64,000 nucleotides of DNA from Vulcanimicrobiota bacterium (GTDB lineage Bacteria; Vulcanimicrobiota; Xenobia; Xenobiales; Xenobiaceae), in contig CALUQR010000006.1 in NCBI GenBank assembly GCA_944322965.1, forward strand, positions 38,456 through 102,455. The letters are read 5' to 3'. A model generated the notes under the pieces. That model worked only from the letters and a program-made list of their open reading frames with translations, did no database searches and was not told the DNA's origin. Of the stretch, positions 29,163 to 37,256 are shown piece after piece (the first letter of the stretch is position 1; every line of letters begins with the position of its first letter). Both the position numbers and the translations under genes were made by a program.

Positions 29163-31592
29163 CTATACCTCCTGGATGAGCTCTAGGACCTGAGCCGAGG
29201 ACTGGGGTCCCAAATTGATAGAGTCGAGGTCATGTGTGAAGCTGACCTGAATATATTCGGGGTAACGGGCGTTTAATCCCAGTAAGGGGGCTTTAAGTTG
29301 AGCGGGAGTCGCCCCCCACAAGCGCAAGGGACTGACCGCCTGGCGCTCGGCGGTAGGATCGGCCAACTGCCCCAAATTGAAGGCCCGATACTCGCCCCCC
29401 ATAGCCTCCGCAAATTTAAATAGGCTGTAGAGTAAGACTAAAGGCGACCCCCACTTAGGAGCGGTGCGCACCAAATACTCCTCTTTGCCCTTCTTCTCTA
29501 CCCTGCCCCAATTGAGAACCGTCCCTAAGGGGGTGGCAGCTAGGCGTTTGAAAGCCTTAACGATAGAGGCCGCATCCTTATCGCTAATCCCCAGCTCTTT
29601 TAGAGCCCCCACCAACTCTTCCCGCGCATAACGGTGTTTCAGATCCATAAAGTTGGTGTACCAGGCCATTTGGGGGTTAGTGTAGACTAAATTAGTCAAA
29701 ATCAACCCCAAAGCGTTCTCTGAATCCCAGCCCAAACGAGAGATAAATTCCGCAAATTCAGTGAAGGTGTTGCGACCATTTAATCCAGCATCTCTCAAAA
29801 AACGCCGGAAGAAATCAAACATATTGGAACCTAGGCTATGTTCCGTATAGAACCTTTGCTTAAGTGCAAAGAATGAGCGCAACCATTCCGTCTTTGGTGC
29901 ATGGTCAGCAAAAGTGTTGAGGCTGCTTTTTACCATTTTATGAGCTCCTGTTCCAGGTGGGAAATGCAAGGATTTATAGGCCAGACAATTGCCTGGAATA
30001 TCATAACAATCATGACATTGACGACAGTTCTCTATACGAACTTCGCCCTCATGAAAACTTATGGCCCCATAAGGGCAAGTAATTTCACAAGTTTGACATG
30101 CAATACAATGAGCCGTTTTGCGTAAAACAGCCCGTAAGGAAGTAATAAATTTAGGAGATGATTTGACAGTGTGCGGGTCAACCGTAATTTTAAAACCCAA
30201 TGCAGTCTTCTCAAATTGTACTTCAAACGTCTCTTTGGGAGTCATCAGTGTCAGCGAATTGCCAAGTAAAAAGACGTCTCCAATAGTCTTAAACCATTGT
30301 CGCCAGTCGGATAGTGGCTTAACTAACTCAAAGACTAGAGTTCCATTTCGCTCACATTCTATGATGTGTGACTTGTTTTTGGCTAGTGATCGCCCATTAC
30401 GACGCAATTGCCAGCCACCGCCAACCAAATAGCTTAGTTTTAGCTTCTTTTGTTCTTCAACCGTAGTATCTGCATCTTTTTCGGGGACATCATAGCTATT
30501 ACGCACTATCTTGGCGAAACGTTCGACCTTATCAGTATAGTTAGCCCAACGGAAATAATTCGCCAGGTTACCTGTCATGGGGCACAATAAACACCCAGCT
30601 CTAGAGTTACCCTTCTTATAGCCAGCATTAATCGTTAAGTTTCTAGAGAATATGTAAAGCCAAATTTCGGCTGAATTCCATTCTAAGAGAGGATTGAAGC
30701 TGTATTGCCCCTTTTGTTTTTTGCTGTAATTGTCGTAAGTGTATTCTGAGCGGCTTAGGCTTTCTGCACGTCGTACGCCCACAAAGTCCAATCCCTTATA
30801 GTTGGGCTTACCGCTCAAACGGCGAAGAGTAAGTGTCTGCGGCGTACTCTTATGCACGCAACAACACCAGCGCGCCACCTTGGCAGGAGGAGCGAACTTA
30901 CGCCAAGATGCTTCAGGAGTACATTGGGCTTTTGTTCGTTCAAAAGATATGCCCTCATTACGACATTTACGCTCATCTTGACGAACAGCCGCCAAGGTGT
31001 CAGGAAATTCCATTCCTGTATCGGCGAAGAGAACAACAAAACTATTGGCAGGTAACGCTGATTTTACAAGGTCTAACAGGACGATACTGTCCTTGCCTCC
31101 CGAATAAGCCACATGGAATATATCGACTATTGATTGGTATCTTTCATACGCATCCAATATTTTTTGAATCGTATCCGCAACTAAGACTTCTAAAAGTTGA
31201 GAGTTAGCAGCGAGCATTGCCCCCATATCAATAGGTTTTAGAATTTGTTCCTTAAATACGCAGGAACTCATTTCAGCGTCAGAGAACAAGACGCCCTGCC
31301 CAGAGCTCGTTTCCCTACTTTCATCCCAATTGACATCAAAGAAAGTCACCGTTGGTTTTTCGTAAAGATTACCCCCACGCAGCTGAGCAATCAGTTGCCC
31401 CCGATAGTAATACTTGCTCCCTTCTGCCCACATATAAGGAACTGATTCATTAGAATCATATTTCCAACGAGAATTAAAACCCAAGAGATCCATTTCTTGG
31501 GCCCATACTGGTCTAGGCTCCTTAGAGAAGGCTAACGGCAAATCACGCAAGATGATTCCGCCGGTAGCGGGATCGTAGGCATAAGAATACAT
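29163..31592 (-). CDS. brxP: BrxP-like protein: a PAPS-reductase/PP-loop domain (SGGKDS) plus a 4Fe-4S ferredoxin-type motif (CIACQTCEITCP) and a C-terminal extension
   Basis: The PP-loop HVAYSGGKDSIVLLDLV and the CxxCxxCxxxCP cluster motif. DndC-like chemistry, in the type 4 BREX gene order brxP-brxC-pglZ-brxL. Confidence 0.65.
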   Translation of the reverse strand: MYSYAYDPATGGIILRDLPLAFSKEPRPVWAQEMDLLGFNSRWKYDSNESVPYMWAEGSKYYYRGQLIAQLRGGNLYEKPTVTFFDVNWDESRETSSGQGVLFSDAEMSSCVFKEQILKPIDMGAMLAANSQLLEVLVADTIQKILDAYERYQSIVDIFHVAYSGGKDSIVLLDLVKSALPANSFVVLFADTGMEFPDTLAAVRQDERKCRNEGISFERTKAQCTPEASWRKFAPPAKVARWCCCVHKSTPQTLTLRRLSGKPNYKGLDFVGVRRAESLSRSEYTYDNYSKKQKGQYSFNPLLEWNSAEIWLYIFSRNLTINAGYKKGNSRAGCLLCPMTGNLANYFRWANYTDKVERFAKIVRNSYDVPEKDADTTVEEQKKLKLSYLVGGGWQLRRNGRSLAKNKSHIIECERNGTLVFELVKPLSDWRQWFKTIGDVFLLGNSLTLMTPKETFEVQFEKTALGFKITVDPHTVKSSPKFITSLRAVLRKTAHCIACQTCEITCPYGAISFHEGEVRIENCRQCHDCYDIPGNCLAYKSLHFPPGTGAHKMVKSSLNTFADHAPKTEWLRSFFALKQRFYTEHSLGSNMFDFFRRFLRDAGLNGRNTFTEFAEFISRLGWDSENALGLILTNLVYTNPQMAWYTNFMDLKHRYAREELVGALKELGISDKDAASIVKAFKRLAATPLGTVLNWGRVEKKGKEEYLVRTAPKWGSPLVLLYSLFKFAEAMGGEYRAFNLGQLADPTAERQAVSPLRLWGATPAQLKAPLLGLNARYPEYIQVSFTHDLDSINLGPQSSAQVLELIQEV

Positions 31593-31638
31593 GGGACCTG
31601 GTACACATGACGAGGCATGCTTAATATATCATCAAGTT

Positions 31639-34600
31639 TTAGCTGCTGATTTTCCTCAGCAAACTAAGCCCGCGCTCTTCGCTCAGTCTCCCCAAGTATC
31701 CCCCCTCAATTAGATACTCTGAAATAGCCTCCATAGTTGGCCTAACTTTAGCTCGCTTCAAAACGACAACTAGCGCATCTTCGTAATCTATTTGGCACTC
31801 TTTCCGCATCAGTAAGCCAAGAATTTTTACTGTCCATTGCCTATGAGAAGGCAAAAGTAATTTAAAACGTTTACTAAATCGATAACAGTAGGAGCTCAAT
31901 AGATACTCATTCCAGGTATAACCGCAATAAGGTAAAGATAAGAATAAACTATTGGGAATATCTCCCACAGATAAGAATTCCGGCAAAATTTCATCTAGAA
32001 TACGATCAATTTCATCAACCTGAAAATCTACCATATTGGGCTGCACAAACTCTTTAGCATCAATGCGAACTAAGTATTGATAGCCATAGTCGAAGGCCAA
32101 TTGTCTAACCGCGCCCGGCTTTTCAGGAGCATTCAGAGCTTCACACCCCAGATCGTTTAGTTCATCCAAACTAACGATTTTCTCTCCCAAATCCTTACAC
32201 AACTGGCGCATCATATCCATACCGGAGATAGTATCCTGACCAAAACGATTAATAAAAGCGCTACTCCCTTTGCGTTGGTACTTGTCGGCCAAATACTTGA
32301 AGTAGAGCCCCTTGATCCAGGCCATTTCGGTCAGGCGCGAGTCGTTTAAGTAGTGCCACTCTTCTAAGGGTAAGGAGCTTAAAGTGAAGCTACCCTCCTT
32401 ATCTAAACCCTCTTCAATTATCCTTACCATCCGCTCCACTTCCTCTGGCGGCAGTTCGAAATAATTTAAGTTGAGATAACTGGCGCAGCGGCTGGCGGTG
32501 CTAGTCTCATTTAAAACTAACTCCTCGCCCTCGCCGATGGCTAATTTAATATCCGCTTCCCCTAAGTAGGGCAGGCGCTCCTGCAGTTGGGGTAAGGTCA
32601 ATAAACTCTCCCCGCCCCAGTGGGCCCGCACCTCCCCTAAGAGTAAGCGCTCTAAATTCTTTTCCTGAGGCTCTAAAGTATAAAAATACTCCTTCTGGCC
32701 CTTAGTAGTCTTAGTAATTAACCGACCAGGCAAGTTGAGGCGCTCTAAGAGACTGGGCCAAAGCTCTACCTGGCGCAAGTTCAACTCCTCTAAATTGTGG
32801 CGCGCCCCTAAACGCTCTAAGTTAAAGACCCTCCAATCGCGCTGGCGAGCCTCCTCCAAGATCTTCTCTAACCTCTTCTCTAACTGCGGGTAATAAAAAT
32901 AATAAGAGACGCCCTCCGCACTCTCTAAAGGTAAACCGCAACGCTCTAAAAGGTCCCTATAACCCTCCTCACTCAAAGCCAAAAGGGCGTCCCGCTGCGC
33001 GTGGCCACCATAGTTAGCGCGCACCTTGTACAAAAACTTCTTATAACCCAAACGGTCGCCCATCAAAATGCCCCCGCTCTGCTCCAAAGCCACCTGACGC
33101 AAAGCCTCGCCCAAAGGACCCCAAGAGACCGCCCTACACCTAACCGGCTCTAACTTCTCTCTTACCAGAGGCCCTTTCTCGGGGGCCGGTTGTGACTCTA
33201 ACCTATGTACTGCATCGGGGGCCAGAGGCCCATTCGTCGGCCCAGGTTGCACCTCTAACTCATTTACTGCCTCAGACACAGGTTCCGGCTCTAACCTAGG
33301 GTCTACCTCGGCTGCAGGCTCAATCTCTACCTCTTCCGCAGGCCCAGGCTCGGACTCCACCTCAGCCCCAACCTCAGCCTCTCCCGCAGGCACAACCTCA
33401 ACCGCGGGGGCCGGCTCTAGCTCCACCTCCTCTGGGGTTAGGTAGATAGTTACTAACTGGGGATCTAAATTGAGCTCCCTAAAGAGGCGCTGGAAGGTCT
33501 GTAAGCTCCAGCCCCGCTCCTCTTTGAGCCGCCACCAGTAGCCGCCAATCTCAAAGACGCCCTCCACCTCGCCCTCGGAACCCTTCTCCTCTAAACGAGC
33601 GCCCATAGCCCTCAAAGCCCCCTCCAAACGCTGAGGACCACAACTAAAATCTAACTTGCGCAATAAAGACAACTGCCACGAGATCCAACCCGCAGACTCT
33701 AACTCTACCCTGCCCCCCTCGCCCCGCCACTCCCAAGCCGCCGGCTCATACCCATAAAAAGCCTGCGCCCCCTCCCCCAGGGCCAGGGCCAAAGGCCCTT
33801 TCGTCGGGGCCGGTTTTGCCCCTAACTCAGATACTGCCTCGGGGGCAGGCTCCACTCTAACCTCAGTTACCGGAGACGCCTTCGTCGGGGCCGGTTGCGC
33901 CCCTAACTCCGACTCAGGCTCGGGCTCTTCCGCGGGCGCTACTTCCGCCTCCACCTCAGCATCTTCCGCGGGCCATACTTCCGACTCGGGCGCAGGCTCA
34001 GTCTCAACCTCAGGCGCTACCTCGGACACCGGATCCGACTCTGCCTCAGGCGCCACCTCAGCCTCCACCTCTTCCGCGAGCCCTACCTCGGGTTCTATCT
34101 CTCCTACAGTTGTATCTGCAATATAATCCGCAATCTGAGAGGCGGGGTAGAGGTAAATTTTTACCTGGCGCAAGTCGATCCCTAAATGCTTAAAGAGGGG
34201 GCGGAAAGCCTTGATACTCCACTTATAATCTTCCCGGCCTACAAAGACGCGCTCCCCAATTACTACGTGGGGCTCTGAGGAGGCCTCTCTCATAAAATCG
34301 ATCCTCCACTTTAAGGGGATCTCTACCCGCTCTAAAAGCTTAACTAAGCGCCAAGGATCAAATTCCTCTAATAGCTGACTAACCAGAGAAACCTGCCAAG
34401 CGCTCCAGCTGGGCTGGGAGAGCTCCTCCCCTAAATGGAACTTACCCTCACACTCCCAAGCGATAGGGAGATAACCCTCAAAATCGGTTACCAAATTGAA
34501 AGGGGTCAAATAGAAGGGCTGTCTATCCGCCGCCGCAACTTCCGCTGGGGGTGTCTCTATGCTTGCATCTACAACACTATCCACAGGCGGACTACTCTCT

Positions 34601-36753
34601 ACCGGGGCTGCGGGCGTAGGCGCGGGCTGGGGCAGGTGGTTAGAGATGGCGATCCGCTCAAAAGAGATCCCTAAATAACGGGCGCAGGCTTTAATGGCGT
34701 CCAAAACGCTAGCCTGGTCTTCATATAAGAGCAAATAGAGATCGGAATCTATGGCCACATACTTATGGCCTGGATAGCGACCCTCCATCTCCGCTGAGGA
34801 TCTAGTCAAGGCCAAATGGCAACGGTTATAGAGATCCTCTAAAGGACGCTCCCCTAAAGAGGTATGGACTAATAACCAACCCACAAAGCGATGTAAAAGC
34901 TCGGCCCAGCTGGGAGGGGTAATCTCTATCCCCTCCTCCCCAATCTGCAACCAACGCGGACCGCTAGGCGGAGCCGCTTTAACCTCCCCAACCCCAGGCT
35001 CTTCCTCTGGACTCAGGCCCGGAGCTAAATGGATCTTTAACCCCTCCTCTAAGAGCCAAGCCCCCTCCTGGGGAGCAGCCTCCCTAGGCGCATAATAAAG
35101 TTGGGGGCGCAACCCCAAAGCCCGACAACACTTACTGAGCGTATCTACTACTCGCTGGGGCTCGCTCTCTAAGAGCAGGTAAGCGCAGTCGGCTAAGACG
35201 ATGTAGGCCTTACCCGGATGATCCTTAGCCATCCCGGCGGCGCTGGCGGTCACCACTATCCCCCAGTCGGCCTCGTGCCTATAGAGCGCGGTCACATTGC
35301 TAGCTAACTTCTTCTCATAGAGCCAGCGCACAAAATTGACATAGAGCTGAGGCCAAGTGGGCGGAGAGACCGTCACCCTATCAAAACCTATCCCCAAAGC
35401 GGTAGGACGCAGACTCCCCAAATCAGCCTTGGGTCTCGCCGTAGTTGTAGGCTCAACCTTTTCCGGAGCTTTAATCTCCTCCATAACCCCCTGAGAACCG
35501 CCCACCAGGCCCATAATTTCCGCCAACTCCCGCTCCGGATCGCCCCCCGCCCCCGGACTAGGCTGGACCTGGGGAAGCGACCGCCCGGGAGGGGGCGCCT
35601 GAGCGGGCGGCGCCGACTGGATGGGCGGAGCGGACTGCGTTGGCAAAGTAGACCGAGCGGGAGGGGTAGGCCGGGCTGGCGGAACGGACTGGGTCTTAGG
35701 CTGGGCCGCAGGGGCTACGGAAATGCCGCCCCCTAAGCTAATCATGGTCTGACTGAGATCTAAATTGGAGACGTCTACCACCCCCTGCCCTGCCTTAGCA
35801 GTAGTAGCAGTAGAATTAGCCGCGTTGGCGGTAGCAATAGCGGCGGGTAGGGTCTTAGCCTTAGGCGCTGGCTGAGGGGCGGCCGCTTCCAAGCAGTAGA
35901 AGCTCAAGTCGCCCGGGTTCTTCCCTAAGGCGGTACTCAGAGCGCGCAAGTTGGCCAAGATCTGCTGCGGCTGGTTGTAAATGGGTAAGTATAAGCCCGG
36001 ACGGACCCCTAAGACGGGCGTGCGGTAAGGGGCTTTAATATACAACTCTACCTTACTGCCCATTAAGAAGCCATTTTGCTGGAGACAGAGGACGCAGGCC
36101 TCCGGGGTGAGTTTGGACATCAAAATTAAGAGGGCGATGCGGTAAGCCTCCGACCACCTCTCCTGAGGGACGGGATAATAAAAATTCTTAAAGCGCACGT
36201 AAAGCGGCGCCTTACTAGCCAACTGGGAGGCCGACTGCAGACTATTGATCCCAATCGGCCACAAGCTATCCCCACTGCTAGGAGGCCTAGCCTCTAAAAG
36301 CGCCCCCTTATCCAACTTAGCCCGCAAAGAGGCCCAACTATCCACCTTCTCCGGACTAGGCTTAACCGCCCTAGAGGTTGCAGTCGTCGCCGCAGGGGAC
36401 GCCGCAGGAGTCGCCGGCACGGAGGTGGGCTGCACCTGCGCAGGCGCAGGCTGAGGCTCTGGACGCTGATCGACTACCGGAGGGACTATAACTAGATCCT
36501 CCCCCAAACGCCAACCGGCCCGCAAAGTCTGGTACTGGGTATCGTAGACCTGCTTTAAGCCGCTAGCCAAAAGCAAGGACTCCAAAGCCTCCGCCTCTTG
36601 AATGTAAGTAACCCGCATTAGAGGCTGACACTCCCGTGCCTGATGCTGGACCTTAGCCAGATGGACCGCTAACCTCGCGCACAACTCCCGCCCCAAAGCC
36701 GCTAACCGCTCCAACTTCGCCAACTCCGCCCCCGAAATCGCCCTGCGCTCCAT
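31639..36753 (-). CDS. Giant (1704 aa) hypothetical protein with internally duplicated ~110-aa modules of two types, separated by acidic E/P/A/V-rich linkers, and a non-repetitive ~650-aa C-terminal region. It lies 46 bp upstream of brxP and is co-directional with it.
   Basis: Repeated blocks: PPxWxxLxxxFVxWL...G+xY+...YLLL...LG, and W..SL..L...D..........F.IG....WS...F..LF..L..D.QV.IYL.P. No recognisable catalytic motif. Confidence 0.6.
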   Translation of the reverse strand: MERRAISGAELAKLERLAALGRELCARLAVHLAKVQHQARECQPLMRVTYIQEAEALESLLLASGLKQVYDTQYQTLRAGWRLGEDLVIVPPVVDQRPEPQPAPAQVQPTSVPATPAASPAATTATSRAVKPSPEKVDSWASLRAKLDKGALLEARPPSSGDSLWPIGINSLQSASQLASKAPLYVRFKNFYYPVPQERWSEAYRIALLILMSKLTPEACVLCLQQNGFLMGSKVELYIKAPYRTPVLGVRPGLYLPIYNQPQQILANLRALSTALGKNPGDLSFYCLEAAAPQPAPKAKTLPAAIATANAANSTATTAKAGQGVVDVSNLDLSQTMISLGGGISVAPAAQPKTQSVPPARPTPPARSTLPTQSAPPIQSAPPAQAPPPGRSLPQVQPSPGAGGDPERELAEIMGLVGGSQGVMEEIKAPEKVEPTTTARPKADLGSLRPTALGIGFDRVTVSPPTWPQLYVNFVRWLYEKKLASNVTALYRHEADWGIVVTASAAGMAKDHPGKAYIVLADCAYLLLESEPQRVVDTLSKCCRALGLRPQLYYAPREAAPQEGAWLLEEGLKIHLAPGLSPEEEPGVGEVKAAPPSGPRWLQIGEEGIEITPPSWAELLHRFVGWLLVHTSLGERPLEDLYNRCHLALTRSSAEMEGRYPGHKYVAIDSDLYLLLYEDQASVLDAIKACARYLGISFERIAISNHLPQPAPTPAAPVESSPPVDSVVDASIETPPAEVAAADRQPFYLTPFNLVTDFEGYLPIAWECEGKFHLGEELSQPSWSAWQVSLVSQLLEEFDPWRLVKLLERVEIPLKWRIDFMREASSEPHVVIGERVFVGREDYKWSIKAFRPLFKHLGIDLRQVKIYLYPASQIADYIADTTVGEIEPEVGLAEEVEAEVAPEAESDPVSEVAPEVETEPAPESEVWPAEDAEVEAEVAPAEEPEPESELGAQPAPTKASPVTEVRVEPAPEAVSELGAKPAPTKGPLALALGEGAQAFYGYEPAAWEWRGEGGRVELESAGWISWQLSLLRKLDFSCGPQRLEGALRAMGARLEEKGSEGEVEGVFEIGGYWWRLKEERGWSLQTFQRLFRELNLDPQLVTIYLTPEEVELEPAPAVEVVPAGEAEVGAEVESEPGPAEEVEIEPAAEVDPRLEPEPVSEAVNELEVQPGPTNGPLAPDAVHRLESQPAPEKGPLVREKLEPVRCRAVSWGPLGEALRQVALEQSGGILMGDRLGYKKFLYKVRANYGGHAQRDALLALSEEGYRDLLERCGLPLESAEGVSYYFYYPQLEKRLEKILEEARQRDWRVFNLERLGARHNLEELNLRQVELWPSLLERLNLPGRLITKTTKGQKEYFYTLEPQEKNLERLLLGEVRAHWGGESLLTLPQLQERLPYLGEADIKLAIGEGEELVLNETSTASRCASYLNLNYFELPPEEVERMVRIIEEGLDKEGSFTLSSLPLEEWHYLNDSRLTEMAWIKGLYFKYLADKYQRKGSSAFINRFGQDTISGMDMMRQLCKDLGEKIVSLDELNDLGCEALNAPEKPGAVRQLAFDYGYQYLVRIDAKEFVQPNMVDFQVDEIDRILDEILPEFLSVGDIPNSLFLSLPYCGYTWNEYLLSSYCYRFSKRFKLLLPSHRQWTVKILGLLMRKECQIDYEDALVVVLKRAKVRPTMEAISEYLIEGGYLGRLSEERGLSLLRKISS

Positions 36754-36829
36754 CCCTGCTAAGACCTATCCCTTAAAAATAGTTATCCCAAAAATACCCC
36801 ATTTAACATTAAGGTAACTTTTCCTTCTT

Positions 36830-37183
36830 TAAGCTAATTCGGAATGCTTAATGCGTAATGCGGAATTAAGAGGCTCTTGTTAATGGCCCAACAGATCCGG
36901 CAATAACTTGGCCTATGAGAGGATCGCTGGCAGTTCCACTGCCTTTTTGGCGCTTCGGTTATGGCGCGCCCCCCGGCCGCACCGCACCATGACGATTTTC
37001 CCTCTAGCTAAGCTACCTTCGGAACCAGCCAACAACTAAGTCCTTGCTCTCTCGCCCCTAAGTCATCGCCAAAACGAAAGTTAGAGCCACAACCTCCCTC
37101 CCGCCGCACTACCCCAATTACGCATTAAGCATTCGTAATTCCGAATTACGCATTCCTAATTCCGAATTACGAATTCCGCATTG
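36830..37183. repeat. MITE-like element copy 1 (~350 bp). Its terminal inverted repeats are built from TAATTCGGAAT / TACGCATTA motifs. The internal part contains a ggcagttccactgcc hairpin.
   Basis: The left end taagctaattcggaatgcttaatgcgtaatgcggaattaag is the reverse complement of the right end ...acgcattaagcattcgtaattccgaattacgcattcc.... The internal sequence is homologous to 62340-62660. Confidence 0.6.
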
Positions 37184-37256
37184 TCTTCTGCCTAAACAAC
37201 GTGATAATATGCGGGTAAGAGAGGTCAAAGGTCTTTAGAGAAAGGTACTGATTAGT

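Noticed and set aside
19757-31592. Interpretation as a Dnd (DndABCDE) phosphorothioation system
   Set aside because: There are no DndB/D/E-like genes. The PAPS-reductase domain sits in an 809-aa BrxP-like protein next to PglZ and BrxC. This fits type 4 BREX better, although a PT-like chemistry remains possible.
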